Of a stretch of 64,000 bases of DNA, positions 51,034 through 61,972 are shown one piece after another; positions within the stretch are counted from its first letter, which is position 1; each line of letters opens with the position of its first letter. The position numbers were made by a program, and so were the translations under genes. Under the pieces are notes generated by a model that ran no database searches, was not told where the DNA came from, and was given only the letters and a program-made list of their open reading frames with translations. This DNA comes from Longimicrobiales bacterium (GTDB lineage: Bacteria; Gemmatimonadota; Gemmatimonadetes; Longimicrobiales; Gaopeijiaceae), in contig CBDFIQ010000002.1 of the NCBI GenBank assembly GCA_965248195.1, forward strand, positions 1,760,001 through 1,824,000. Reading direction: 5' to 3'.

Positions 51034-52584
51034 GTGGGCGCGAGAGCGAGCGTCCGGTCGAGCTCGGCCGAGAACCCGGATCCGGAAGCACTATTCGACG
51101 TAGCCATCATCGGAGGCGGCCCCGCCGGGGCGGCAGCGGCGGGCCTTCTGGCTGCGTGGGGACATTCGGTCACGGTATTCTCCCGCTCCGGCTCGCCATC
51201 GTCCAGGCTCGCGGAGTCCCTGCCACCTAGCACGCACAAGGTTCTCGATCGCATCGGAGCCTCCAGCGTGATGGACGGCGAGGGGTTCGTGCGGAGCAAG
51301 GGTCACACGGTCTGGTGGGGCGGTTCCGGTCCACGGATAGAAGAATTTCCCGCGGGCAACACGGGATACCAGGTGGTGCGTACCGACCTCGACCGTGTGC
51401 TTCTCGATCTGGCCAAGGCCAACGGTGCGCGTGTCGGAGCGGAGACGACGATCCAGGGTGTGGAGCCGGATGGGGAGGTCTACCGACTCGACCACGCGAC
51501 CACGGGGGACCCGGCCCCAATCAGAGCCCGATGGATCCTGGACTGCTCGGGACGCTCCGGCGTCATCGCACGGCGCGGCTTCCGGCACCAGGAGGAGGGT
51601 CCAACCACGCTCGCCCTCGTGGGTATATGGCGCAGTGAGGAAGGGTGGGATGTTCCGGACCCGACCCACACACTCGTGGAAAGCTACACAGACGGATGGG
51701 CCTGGTCCGTGCCGGTCGACGACCATGTACGCTACGTCGCGCTGATGGTCGATCCGCATGTGACGGGACTGAAGCGGGGGAAAGAGATCGGCCCCATCTA
51801 TCGTTCTGAGGTGGCCAAGACGGAGCGCTTCGCCGCACTACTCGAAGGTGGAGTGCCCCGGGGCGACCCCTGGGCGTGCAACGCGTCGATTTACTCGGCC
51901 CATCGGTTTACCGACAACCGCATGCTGCTCGTGGGTGACGCGGCATGCTTTCTGGATCCCGTTTCTTCCTTCGGCGTCAAGAAGGCCCTAACGTCCGGCT
52001 GGCGTGCCGCGGTCGTCACGCATACGTGCCTGGAACGCCCCGACATGGAGTCCGCCTCTCTCGATTTCTACGAGCGCCGTGAGCGGCGCGTTTATGCCAG
52101 CTACGGAAAACAGTCGGCCGAGGTATTCGGCATCGCCGGCCGAGAGCACCGCCATGAGTTCTGGACCGCCCGCGCCGCCCTGGACGACCGTTACGACGAA
52201 CCGGACGAGGACGGCGAGTTGGACATCGAGAGCCTGAAGCGAGACCCCGACGTACTCACCGCCTTCGACCGGCTCCGCCGCACTCCATCGATCCATCTGC
52301 GGCCGGGCCCGGCTTTGGCCGTGATCGAACGACCGACGATCATCGGACGTGAGGTGGCCATGGAGGAACGGCTCTCGACGCCCTCCATCCCAGGGGGGGT
52401 TCGTTATCTCCGTGGGATCGACTTGAAGCGGGTCCTGGCCATCGCCCCCGATCACGTACAGGTACCGGAGCTGTTCGAGGCCTACTGCCGAATGGGAGAC
52501 CCCGTCATCTTGCCGGATTTCCTGGGCGCCCTCTCGGTCATGATGTCTCGCGGAATCCTCGAGGATCATAAACCGCGCTCGTAA
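51034..52584 (+). CDS. qhpG: FAD-dependent monooxygenase, QhpG-like (CTQ cofactor Trp hydroxylase)
   Basis: GGGPAG, DCSGR, VESYTDGWAW, VGDAACFLDP, FWxxR and C-terminal extension resembling QhpG as recalled; qhpADCB 6 kb downstream on same strand. Confidence 0.7.
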   Translation: MGARASVRSSSAENPDPEALFDVAIIGGGPAGAAAAGLLAAWGHSVTVFSRSGSPSSRLAESLPPSTHKVLDRIGASSVMDGEGFVRSKGHTVWWGGSGPRIEEFPAGNTGYQVVRTDLDRVLLDLAKANGARVGAETTIQGVEPDGEVYRLDHATTGDPAPIRARWILDCSGRSGVIARRGFRHQEEGPTTLALVGIWRSEEGWDVPDPTHTLVESYTDGWAWSVPVDDHVRYVALMVDPHVTGLKRGKEIGPIYRSEVAKTERFAALLEGGVPRGDPWACNASIYSAHRFTDNRMLLVGDAACFLDPVSSFGVKKALTSGWRAAVVTHTCLERPDMESASLDFYERRERRVYASYGKQSAEVFGIAGREHRHEFWTARAALDDRYDEPDEDGELDIESLKRDPDVLTAFDRLRRTPSIHLRPGPALAVIERPTIIGREVAMEERLSTPSIPGGVRYLRGIDLKRVLAIAPDHVQVPELFEAYCRMGDPVILPDFLGALSVMMSRGILEDHKPRS

Positions 52585-52610
52585 AACCTCCCTCGCAAAA
52601 TCTCTGGACA

Positions 52611-52625
52611 TGGCATATTCTATGC
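52611..52625 (+). promoter_or_regulatory. Possible sigma54 -24/-12 promoter upstream of susC-like gene
   Basis: TGGCATATTCTATGC fits GG-N10-GC. Confidence 0.3.
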
Positions 52626-52907
52626 CTCGACGTCGCTCCTGGGAGCTTCCGGCAACTGACCATCGAACCGGGCGTACGCGGGATAGGCGCGCCGCCGACG
52701 CGCGCCATCCCGAGGCCGAGAAGTCATCGTTGGTGGCCGGTCGAGAGCACTCGCCGAATGTCACTGCAAGATCGACAATAGATCAGCTTGCCATGCCACC
52801 CTGGGATTTGTAACATGATTTTGAGCAGGGTTGGAGGGTGAAGGGTGGGGGGGCTCGCACCAACGGTGCAGGATAGGACCCGTCGCCATTTCACGCTGGA
52901 GGATGAA

Positions 52908-55853
52908 ATGAAATCGTATGTTTGGTTAATGCTTGTGAGCCTTCTCTTAATGTCTCCGCGTCTCCTAGAGGCGCAAACGATCACAGGTAGGGTACAGGAC
53001 CAGGCCACCGGTGCGCCGCTTGCGGGGGCGCAGGTTTTCATCGCCGAGCTTGATCTCGGCGGCCTGACCCAGGTGACGGGCCAGTACCTCCTGCTGAACG
53101 TCCCGATTGGCACGCACACGCTGACGGTGGAGTTGCTCGGCTACCGGCCGGTGACGAGTACGGTGACAGTGTCCGGTGCAGAGACCGTTGTGCAAAATAT
53201 CTTTATGAATACACAGGCGCTGCAACTAGACGAAATCGTCGTGACGGGCACCGCCTCAGGAGCCCGGTTGCGGGAGATCGGGAACTCCGTCAGCGTGCTC
53301 GACGCCAACATCGCCGAGTTGCAACCCATCGTAAACGTCTCGGATCTTCTGCGGGGCCGGGTGGCCGGGGTCTCGGTCGGGGTTGGGTCGGGTGCGGTGG
53401 GAACCGCTTCCACGATCAAGATCCGTGGCAGCTCGACCATGCGGCTGGTGAACGACGGGCCGCTGATCTATATCGACGGGGTGAGGGTGAACAACCGGAT
53501 GGAATCAGGCTCTGAAGACGTCTCCCGGATCGACGACCTCGATCCGGCGATGATCGAGCGCATAGAGCTGATCAAGGGTCCCGCGGCTGCCACGCTCTAC
53601 GGCACTGAGGCAGCCAACGGCGTACTCCAAATCATAACGAAGAGAGGCGTGATCGGGGCACCCCAGTGGAACTTCACGGTCCGCCAGGGAGCCAACTGGT
53701 TCCGAGACCCCGCGGGACGAACTCCCACCAATTGGGGGGTGAATCCGAACACCGGTCAGGTTGAGTCATTCAATATCATGGAGAACAAGGCGGAGCGAGA
53801 CCTCATGTTCCGCAACGGTCAGCTCCAATATTACGGCTTAGACGTTTCAGGCGGCACGGCTGACTTCCGGTACTTCGTCTCCGGATCCGCTTCGAACGAC
53901 GAAGGCGCGACGTTCAACAACTCGGCGAAAAAGTATAACGGCCGGGTGAACATCACCGCCCAGCCGTCGGACCAGCTGACGATCCAGGCGAACGCCGGCG
54001 TCGGACTGACCCGGATACAACTGCCCAGTGACTTTCCGTATCAAGATGCGGTCTTTGCCAGCGCGATAAGACTGGGCGATGGTGACCTGCGCCGGGGATA
54101 CCGAACTGCACCTCCGGAGGCGAACTACGAAAGGGATGCTGACTTTAACAATGCGAACCGCATAACTGCGGGTATTACGCTGGACCACAGACCGTACAGC
54201 TGGTTCACGCAGCGACTCACGTTCGGCCTGGACGTCACCGACCAGGAGGAGAGCATTTTGAACAACCTCCTGAGTCCTGAGTCGGCGGAGTTCTTCAATG
54301 CACGGAATTCCTCCGGCAGCAAGGAGGTCAATCGCGATGCGGTGCTCTACACCACGTTCGACTACGCGGTAAGCGGCACCCGCACGTTGTCGGATAACTT
54401 CCTTTCCACCACGTCGGGGGGCTTCCAGGTCTATACCAAGTCCATTAACCGGATCACCGCTGAGGGCGTAGGCTTCCCGGCGGTCGGCTTGTCGACCGTT
54501 GGTGCTACGGGCGAGAAGACCTCAGACGAGAGCATCATCGAGAACAACACGGTAGGCGTGTACATCCAGCAGCAGATCGGCTGGCGGGACCGCCTCTTTC
54601 TCACCGCCGCGGTCCGGGCCGACGACAACAGCGCGTTCGGTGAGAACTTCGACCTCGTCTATTACCCGAAGGTAAGCGGATCGTGGGTCCTGAGTGAGGA
54701 ACCGTTCTGGGGACTCGATTTCGTCGATTCGTTCCGCCTTCGGGCCGCCTACGGTGAATCGGGCCAGCAGCCTGATGCCTTCGACGCCCTCCGCAGCTTC
54801 ACCACCCGGTCCGCGCCCTCCGGAACGGCGACGGTGACTCCGGACTCTCCCGGAAACTCCGAACTCGGTCCGGAGCGGGGCGTGGAGATTGAGGCAGGGT
54901 TCGGCGCCAGCTTGTTCAACGACCGCGTCACTCTCGATTTCACCTACTACGACCAGACGACGAAGGACGCTATCGTGGGGCGCAATGTCGCTCCCTCATT
55001 GGGCTTCACCGAGTCGCAGTTCGTGAACATCGGAAGGATCTCGAACAAAGGCGTTGAGGTCGGTTTGGCCGCCCGGATCATCGAAACCCAGGACTTCGAC
55101 TGGGACGTCGACTTCAACTTCAGCACGAACCATAACAAGATCGAAGAGCTCGGCTTGGACGGCTTCCTGCAGTTGGGATGGACCACACGGCATGCGGAAG
55201 GCCGCGCGGTGGGCTCGCTCTTTGCCCCGAGGGTGCTCGAGGCGACGTTGGACGCCAACGGCGTAATCGATCCCGATAGCATGCTCTGCGATGACGGTAC
55301 CGGGCAAGCCGTCCTCACGTGCGACGAAGATGCGTGGATCTACCAAGGGCACCCCGACCCGACCTTTGAGGGGACCTTCTCGTCCGCCATCACCTTCGGC
55401 GATCGGCTCACGCTGTCAGGCCTAGTCCAGGGCAGGCTCGGCCAAACCAAATACGACCTGCAGGGTTGGCGGAGGTACTCCTCTTACCAGCAAACCGAGA
55501 TGAACTTTTTCCCTGAGAGGTTCTTTGTCGGGGACGTCGCCGAAGCCCAATTCGGCAGCAGCGGTGAGTTCGCGTTGTGGGTCAACCCGGCATCCTTTAT
55601 CCGCTTCAAGGAGCTCTCGCTCAGCTACCGGATGCCGGCGGAATGGGTCCAGAGGATCGGCGCCAACCGGGGATCTCTTAGCGTCGCTGCACGCAATCTC
55701 GGAATGATCTGGACCACCTGGCAAGAATTTCCGCACCACGATCCAGAGGTGGTGGATCCCAGCAATACGTTCGAGGGGAACAGAGAGCCGCAGGCGGATG
55801 CCATGACGCCGCCGCTGACCTCGGTGCAACTCACCCTCCGACTCACCATCTAG
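52908..55853 (+). CDS. SusC/RagA-family TonB-dependent outer-membrane receptor
   Basis: Signal peptide, carboxypeptidase-regulatory-like N-terminus, LDEIVVTG, PLIYIDG, IELIKGPAAATLYGTEAANGVLQIITK; GGAGGA RBS. Confidence 0.95.
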   Translation: MKSYVWLMLVSLLLMSPRLLEAQTITGRVQDQATGAPLAGAQVFIAELDLGGLTQVTGQYLLLNVPIGTHTLTVELLGYRPVTSTVTVSGAETVVQNIFMNTQALQLDEIVVTGTASGARLREIGNSVSVLDANIAELQPIVNVSDLLRGRVAGVSVGVGSGAVGTASTIKIRGSSTMRLVNDGPLIYIDGVRVNNRMESGSEDVSRIDDLDPAMIERIELIKGPAAATLYGTEAANGVLQIITKRGVIGAPQWNFTVRQGANWFRDPAGRTPTNWGVNPNTGQVESFNIMENKAERDLMFRNGQLQYYGLDVSGGTADFRYFVSGSASNDEGATFNNSAKKYNGRVNITAQPSDQLTIQANAGVGLTRIQLPSDFPYQDAVFASAIRLGDGDLRRGYRTAPPEANYERDADFNNANRITAGITLDHRPYSWFTQRLTFGLDVTDQEESILNNLLSPESAEFFNARNSSGSKEVNRDAVLYTTFDYAVSGTRTLSDNFLSTTSGGFQVYTKSINRITAEGVGFPAVGLSTVGATGEKTSDESIIENNTVGVYIQQQIGWRDRLFLTAAVRADDNSAFGENFDLVYYPKVSGSWVLSEEPFWGLDFVDSFRLRAAYGESGQQPDAFDALRSFTTRSAPSGTATVTPDSPGNSELGPERGVEIEAGFGASLFNDRVTLDFTYYDQTTKDAIVGRNVAPSLGFTESQFVNIGRISNKGVEVGLAARIIETQDFDWDVDFNFSTNHNKIEELGLDGFLQLGWTTRHAEGRAVGSLFAPRVLEATLDANGVIDPDSMLCDDGTGQAVLTCDEDAWIYQGHPDPTFEGTFSSAITFGDRLTLSGLVQGRLGQTKYDLQGWRRYSSYQQTEMNFFPERFFVGDVAEAQFGSSGEFALWVNPASFIRFKELSLSYRMPAEWVQRIGANRGSLSVAARNLGMIWTTWQEFPHHDPEVVDPSNTFEGNREPQADAMTPPLTSVQLTLRLTI

Positions 55854-55868
55854 GGGGGAGCTAGAATC

Positions 55869-57242
55869 ATGGCTAGAATCATGGCAGAACTAGTGAGAGA
55901 GCATGCCCTATCGACGAACCTCAAGCCACAAACGGGAGCTGCACACATGCGATGGACCTTATGGGGATTCAGACCTTTCATGATCAGTGTCACTCCCGCA
56001 CTCGCGCTCTGTTCGACTGTCCTCCTCGGGGCGTGTGACGTGCTGGACGATCTTCTCATGGTGGAGGCTCCCTCCAGAGTCGTGGCGAGCGACCTGGATG
56101 ATCCGGCGGCCGCCGGGCTCCTCACGACGAGCGTGGCCAACGAATTCCGGTGTGCCTTCACCCACTATGTAGCCGCGAGCGCCCTCACCGGGATGGAGTT
56201 CACCACTGCGAACCAGAGCTCTTCCCTGAATATATGGGAGCAGCGGAGACACGACACGAGCGGATTCGGGTCTCAGTACGCGGACGGCGACTGCGGGAGT
56301 GGTAATCCGGAACTATACACGCCCCTCTCCAGAACCCGGTGGCTCGCCGACGAGGTGCTGACTAGTCTCGACGGTTGGACGGTGGGCGAGGTCGCCGACA
56401 AGGCGGCGTTGGAAGCCGAGGTCGCCGCATATGCAGGGTACAGCTACGTGTTCTTGGGTGAATCCATGTGCTCCGTAGCCTTCGACGCGGGGCCGGAGCA
56501 GACCATAGCGGATGCGTTCGAGCTCGCGGTGGCTCGTTTCGACAAGGCAATTGCGGCGGCGGGCTCGAGCGGCCAATTCCTGAACCTGGCCAGGGTCGGA
56601 AAGGCCCGAGCACTCCTGAACCTCAATCGGAAGTCCGAAGCCGCGGCGGTCGCCGCCCTGGTCCCGAGCGGCTTCACGTTCACGCTGGGTTACTCCAACG
56701 CTGAAGACGTGACGCGTAACAAAGAGTGGGAGTTGAACGTGCGCGACTTCGACGTCACGGTCGGAGTCCTTTTCCGGAATCTGTCTTTCGCTGGAGTGCC
56801 CGATCCCCGAGTCGCGGTGACGGACGAGGGGGTCACCGGCACAGGCACATCCATTGACATCTGGACGGCGGACAAATACCCCTCTGCCGACACCCCCATC
56901 GAGCTAGCCAGCTGGGAGGAGGCGCAGCTGATCATGGCGGAGGCCGCCTTGGAGGCCGGGCCGCTCTCGGATGCCGTCACCATTATCAACACGCTCCACA
57001 CCAACGTCGGTCTGCCGGCCTTCGCAAGCGTCGACGCTGGCGAGATCCTGGACCAGATCATCTACGAGCGCTCGGCCGAACTCTTCTTGGAGAGCCACCA
57101 CCTCCAGGATATCAAGCGCCTCAACATCACGCTATTCCCGGTGGCAGGGACGGACACCGACCAGGGAAGCTCGTACTCAGACCAGATATGCTTCCGCCTT
57201 CCGGCCCTCGAGTTCCAGAACAACTCGAACATCGCCGGTTAG
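55869..57242 (+). CDS. SusD/RagB-family lipoprotein (true start probably downstream)
   Basis: Lipobox LGAC; EAQLIMAEA, ERSAELFLESH…DIKR; directly after SusC. Confidence 0.85.
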   Translation: MARIMAELVREHALSTNLKPQTGAAHMRWTLWGFRPFMISVTPALALCSTVLLGACDVLDDLLMVEAPSRVVASDLDDPAAAGLLTTSVANEFRCAFTHYVAASALTGMEFTTANQSSSLNIWEQRRHDTSGFGSQYADGDCGSGNPELYTPLSRTRWLADEVLTSLDGWTVGEVADKAALEAEVAAYAGYSYVFLGESMCSVAFDAGPEQTIADAFELAVARFDKAIAAAGSSGQFLNLARVGKARALLNLNRKSEAAAVAALVPSGFTFTLGYSNAEDVTRNKEWELNVRDFDVTVGVLFRNLSFAGVPDPRVAVTDEGVTGTGTSIDIWTADKYPSADTPIELASWEEAQLIMAEAALEAGPLSDAVTIINTLHTNVGLPAFASVDAGEILDQIIYERSAELFLESHHLQDIKRLNITLFPVAGTDTDQGSSYSDQICFRLPALEFQNNSNIAG

Positions 57243-57304
57243 ACGGCGAAGACTGGGGGCGAGGTTGTCCGGGGAACGGCGGTGACGGACTCGGTCGTGG
57301 TCCG

Positions 57305-57759
57305 TCACCGCCGCCCCGTCAAAATATTGATCACGCCAGCCGGATGCCCGGTGCCCCAGCGGGTTGTCGCGTCGGCGGCCCTGACGAGTTCGATTCGTCG
57401 GATCTGATTGGGGGTAATCTGGTGAAGCGTGTTGAGACCCCCATGCCGAATTCCGTCGATGTACACGACAGGATACGCCGCGCCCGGGTTGATAAAGGAA
57501 ATCTGGCCGCGGGATCGGAGCCAGTTGGGGCGTAGGCGTTCGATCAGTTCAAAAGCATCGGGATCGGAGTTTCCACGGCGTCGGATCTCTGCGCGGAGGA
57601 TCTCGTCCAGTGACCCCCGCTCATCCCCAGCCACCGCAGCCGACGGGGGGTTGAACGTATCAGCTGGGCTCCCCAGGCGCCGAGGGAGACTGCGGCGGCG
57701 AGGCTGAGAACGCTGGCCTTGGCCCGACAGCGCATGGGATGAAACGGGCAACGTATCAT
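57305..57759 (-). pseudogene. Stand-alone TonB-receptor plug-domain lipoprotein with 1-bp deletion in the lipobox Cys codon
   Basis: PVVYIDG…IRRIEL…ATTRWG…GVINI plug; signal peptide lies in another frame; GCC TG[Y] GGG restores LGAC-GSP at ~57674. Confidence 0.65.
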
Positions 57760-58052
57760 GGCATGGCCTCGGTGCTATCCAGAGTAAGCAGGCCTGTAAG
57801 TTACCACCCTCCTCCTTTCTTCGCAGGCTCTTCTGGCTAGATCAACGAAGGGCTCGACATCCTGTAAATGTGCTTCGAGCACCTTTGCGCCTGATTCAGG
57901 TCGAAGTGTTTCCGGACGCATCGCGACCGCTCGTCCTGGATAGACCTGGAAGAGTGCACGCACGGATCTCGGCAGCCGGCCTAGCGCCATCCTCGTGAGG
58001 CGTGTAGCCTGCTAAGCCTACGGAAACCACACCTCGGCAGAGACGGGCTCAT

Positions 58053-58478
58053 ATGAGAACACGGGTCCCCCTAGCGCAGCGGTTCATAGCCGCATTCCTT
58101 CTCGCGCTGCTAACGGGATGCCAGAGTTGGCACCCTACAACTCTCAGCCCACGGGCATTGATCCCCGAAGAACGGCCGTCATCCGTGCGCATCACGCTGA
58201 CGAACGGAGCGATCATGACCGTCACGGACCCGGCTATGAGAAATGACTCCATCGTTTCCGCCGAGTTTGGCGTAGCAGCATGGGCCTCACGAGATGTTCG
58301 CTTGCTCGAGGTGCGGCGCTTTAGCCCTGGGAAGACAATCGGCCTCTTCCTTGTCACCGTCGCGTTCGCGGCTAGCTGGGCCAGCATCGTGCCTGGCAAT
58401 AGTGGATCATCCGTTAACGGGGCACCGCCTTTGCCAAAAGATACGCGAGTGCCGCTGGCGCCACACGTGGGGTGGTAA
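58053..58478 (+). CDS. Hypothetical lipoprotein, paralog of 41420..41791
   Basis: Lipobox LTGC; SWHPTTLSPR…DVRLLEVRRFSPGKT. Confidence 0.7.
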   Translation: MRTRVPLAQRFIAAFLLALLTGCQSWHPTTLSPRALIPEERPSSVRITLTNGAIMTVTDPAMRNDSIVSAEFGVAAWASRDVRLLEVRRFSPGKTIGLFLVTVAFAASWASIVPGNSGSSVNGAPPLPKDTRVPLAPHVGW

Positions 58479-58766
58479 CAGCCGTCGCCCCCAGAGGGCA
58501 CTCGATGAGGATCTATTCGACAGGTCGGAGCTCGCGCCGGAGTCCGTCGCGGTGTGCGGACCGGACCCATACCGCTCCGAAGCGTGAGCGCATCGTGCCC
58601 TTCGTGCCCTCGCGCCACTGGATCCGTCCGCCACGCCTTCTTCGCAAGCATGTCGGCCAGCTACACACCCGAGAGCCCTCGCCGAATGTGGGTTCACGCC
58701 CTATTCTTATCCGCCATGTGGGAGCTTCAGTGGAAGCTCCCGAACCGCATCCAAGCCAGGCTAGTC

Positions 58767-60491
58767 ATGAGTAAATTCGCAGGCTCGTTCTTCAGGTCCC
58801 ATCCCGGGCTCGGTTTCCTCGTGTGCCTCATGACGTCTTTCGCACTGCCCGCCGCCGCTCAGGGCCAATCCGTGTCGGACGCCGACGGCGAAGGAACGCC
58901 GATCGAGAACGACCTCGTCGTCGAACATTGCGCTTCGTGCCACACACGGGACGATGCCGGCCGAATGACTCGGCTGTCCTATATGAGGAAGACGCCGGAG
59001 GGGTGGCAGACCTCGATCCGGAGGATGGTCTCGCTCAACGACGTGGACCTCGACCCAGCGACGGCCCGGGAAATCGTCCGGTATCTGGCCAACCAACACG
59101 GCGTCGCGCCGGAAGAGCTACGGGCCGGGCTTTTCGAGGTCGAGCGCCGACTCATCGACTTCGAGTACGAAGCGGACGAGGACACGGAGACGACGTGCAC
59201 CCAGTGCCACTCCATGGGGCGCGTCATCACCCAACGTCGGACCACAGAGGAGTGGGGCCTCCTCATGGCCATGCACCGCGGATATTATCCGCTTACGGAT
59301 ACCCAAGCCTTCCGGTACTTGGGTCCCACACCCGGCAGCTCCGAAGCTCCGGATGACACCCGGCACCCCATGGACAAGGCGATCGAGCACCTATCCCAGG
59401 AGTTCCCGCTCGAGACACCCGAGTGGAGCGACTGGTCGGCAACCATGCAGCCCGCACAAATCGCGGGTACGTGGGCCGTGTCGGCGGTTCAACCCGGGTA
59501 TGGTCGCCTCTTCGGGCAACTGACCCTAGAGCGGGTACCGGGCAAAAACGACGAGTTCACGACCTCGACCACCCTCACCTATGCGCGCTCCGGCGACACC
59601 GTGGTGCGCAGGGGAAGCTCGATCGTCTACACGGGCTATCAGTGGCGCGGCAGCTCGGTCCTCGAAGATGGGCGGGACCCGCTTCGAGAGGTTCTCTTCG
59701 TGGAGCGGGACTGGCAGCAAATCTCAGGACGCTGGTTTACGGGGGCCTACGACGAGTTGGGCTTCGACGTCCACCTGTACCGTGTCGGCAACGACCCGAT
59801 GATCCTCGGCATGGAGCCCCGGGCGCTGAGAGCCGGATCCGCGGGCCAGGAGATCCGGATTTTCGGAGCCAGCCTACCCCGGGTACTCCCATCCGGGGCT
59901 GTGAACCTCGGACCCGGAATCACCGTGCGACGAGTGGTTCGGTCTGACGGCAACTCAGCTACCCTCATCGTCGACGTAGACGAGGACGCATCCGTGGGGC
60001 CACGGGACATTTCGATTTCCGGTGCCCGCCGTCCAGAGAGCGGATTCGTCTACGACCAGGTCCACGCCATCCGAGTGAGCCCCGAGTGGGGAATGGCACG
60101 CATCGGAGGCGGGCCTATGCCGAAGAGCTACACCCAGTTCGAGGCCCGGGCCTACCATCGAGGCACGGACGGAAGGATGGGGACCGACGATGACGTCGAT
60201 CTCGGCGTCGTAGACGCCACTTGGAGCATGGAGGAATACTCGGCCACGTTCGACGACGACGACATAGAGTTCGTCGGCGAAATCGATGCGCGTACCGGAT
60301 TCTTCACTCCGGCACTGGACGGCCCCAATCCCGAACGGAGCGGAAATCGCAACAACATCGGCGACGTATGGGTCATCGCGAACTTCTCGCCACCGGAGGG
60401 ACAGGCCGATCGGCCGCTTCAGGCTCGTGCGCACCTCATCGTCACGGTACCGCTCTACATGCGCTGGGATCCGTGGGGAGACCTGCCATGA
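58767..60491 (+). CDS. qhpA: Quinohemoprotein amine dehydrogenase alpha subunit (di-heme c)
   Basis: CASCH and CTQCH; RKTPEGW…RM; ARIGG; DGPNPER…NNIG; LIVTVP. Confidence 0.93.
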   Translation: MSKFAGSFFRSHPGLGFLVCLMTSFALPAAAQGQSVSDADGEGTPIENDLVVEHCASCHTRDDAGRMTRLSYMRKTPEGWQTSIRRMVSLNDVDLDPATAREIVRYLANQHGVAPEELRAGLFEVERRLIDFEYEADEDTETTCTQCHSMGRVITQRRTTEEWGLLMAMHRGYYPLTDTQAFRYLGPTPGSSEAPDDTRHPMDKAIEHLSQEFPLETPEWSDWSATMQPAQIAGTWAVSAVQPGYGRLFGQLTLERVPGKNDEFTTSTTLTYARSGDTVVRRGSSIVYTGYQWRGSSVLEDGRDPLREVLFVERDWQQISGRWFTGAYDELGFDVHLYRVGNDPMILGMEPRALRAGSAGQEIRIFGASLPRVLPSGAVNLGPGITVRRVVRSDGNSATLIVDVDEDASVGPRDISISGARRPESGFVYDQVHAIRVSPEWGMARIGGGPMPKSYTQFEARAYHRGTDGRMGTDDDVDLGVVDATWSMEEYSATFDDDDIEFVGEIDARTGFFTPALDGPNPERSGNRNNIGDVWVIANFSPPEGQADRPLQARAHLIVTVPLYMRWDPWGDLP

Positions 60492-61948
60492 GCACTCCTG
60501 CCACCGCGGGTCTCGCCCTACGTGAGTTTCACCCGTTCGAGGCTGCCGGGGAGCACTTCCTCTACATGGTGCCAAGCGCCGGCGTGTTCCATGTCGACAC
60601 ACCCTCGTGGGAGGTGCTGAGGACCTTGGACGGGCAGCCCATGTCCGCCGCCGACCTGACGACGGCGCTGGCGGACCGCTATCGAGCCCACGAGGTGGCC
60701 AATGCCATCCAGGAGCTCCAGGAGATCCAGGCCATCGGCGACGTGCGCCTACCCCCGGCGGGATACCTGCCGGTCATCCCGCCCCAGGACTTCCCGCTCA
60801 CGACGATGGTCCTCAACGTCACGAACAAGTGCAATCTGGCCTGCACCTACTGCTACGAGTACGGCGAGGACAAGATCGTCGACACGGATTTCGGCGCGAA
60901 GCCGAAGTTCATGAGCGAAGAGACGGCTCGCGAGTCCGTCGACTTCATGTTCCGGGAATCGGGCAGCAATCGGGTCGCCAACCTCACGTTCTTCGGCGGG
61001 GAGACGCTCCTCAATTTTAAGGTGCTGCAAAAAACGCTCACCTATGCGCGGGAGCAGGCGGTCATCCTGGGGAAGGAGGTGCAGTTCAGCCTCACGACGA
61101 ACGCCACGCTGCTGCGCCCGGAGATCATCGAGTGGCTCGTCGACAACCAGGTGGGGGTGACCATCTCCATCGACGGGCCGAAGGAGTCGCAGGACCAGTT
61201 CCGGGTCTTCAACAACGGGATGGGCAGCTACGAGCTGGTCCTGCCCAAGATCAAGGAGCTCCTGAAGCGCCACACGGCCCACCTCATCGGCGCACGGGTG
61301 ACGCTGACCAAGCAGAATCTGGACGTCATGAAGATCTTCCGGCATCTCACCGAAGATCTCGGATTCTGGTCGGTGGGCTTCGCACCCGTGACGACCGCCG
61401 ACGGGCGAGACTACGCCATCGAGGGGGACGGCTTCAGCTCGATGCTGGCGCAGTTCGCCGAGCTCGCCCAGGAGTTCAAGGAGGCGGCTCTCGAGAATCG
61501 TCACCATGGATTCTCCAACCTGAATGAGACCCTCGAAGAGATCCACAAGGGGATGAGCAAGGCGTTTCCGTGCGGGGCCGGCCTGGGCTTGATGGGTGTG
61601 GCGACGGACGGCGATGTGGCGCTGTGCCATCGTTTCGCCGGCTCGGACGAGCACAAGATCGGGTCGGTGCAGAACGGAATGGACCGGGGAAAGCAGTCTC
61701 GCTTCCTGGAGATGCATCACATTGCGAACAAGACGGACTGCCATACATGTTGGGCTCGCCCACTGTGCGCCGGAGGGTGCTACCACGAGGCCAACACACG
61801 GTACGGAACCACGGCGCAGCCGAACCTCCACTACTGTGATTGGATCCGTAGCTGGACCGATACGTGCCTTCAGGTCTACGGCGAGATCGCGACCCACAAT
61901 CCCAACTTTTTGAGGCAGTACGACACCCCGGCTCCAGTGCCGGCCTGA
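60488..61948 (+). CDS. qhpD: QHNDH maturation radical SAM/SPASM enzyme
   Basis: CNLACTYC; FFGGE; SPASM cysteines PCGAG…LCHRF…CHTCWARPLCAGGCYHE; ATGA overlap with qhpA. Confidence 0.95.
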   Translation: MSTPATAGLALREFHPFEAAGEHFLYMVPSAGVFHVDTPSWEVLRTLDGQPMSAADLTTALADRYRAHEVANAIQELQEIQAIGDVRLPPAGYLPVIPPQDFPLTTMVLNVTNKCNLACTYCYEYGEDKIVDTDFGAKPKFMSEETARESVDFMFRESGSNRVANLTFFGGETLLNFKVLQKTLTYAREQAVILGKEVQFSLTTNATLLRPEIIEWLVDNQVGVTISIDGPKESQDQFRVFNNGMGSYELVLPKIKELLKRHTAHLIGARVTLTKQNLDVMKIFRHLTEDLGFWSVGFAPVTTADGRDYAIEGDGFSSMLAQFAELAQEFKEAALENRHHGFSNLNETLEEIHKGMSKAFPCGAGLGLMGVATDGDVALCHRFAGSDEHKIGSVQNGMDRGKQSRFLEMHHIANKTDCHTCWARPLCAGGCYHEANTRYGTTAQPNLHYCDWIRSWTDTCLQVYGEIATHNPNFLRQYDTPAPVPA

Positions 61949-61972
61949 GGAGGCCCGCATGAGAGGAAAGAC

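Noticed and set aside
51034..52584. Flavin-dependent tryptophan halogenase
   Set aside because: It has GxGxxG and a WAWSVP motif, but the C-terminal features and nearby qhpADCB fit QhpG better; needs HMM confirmation
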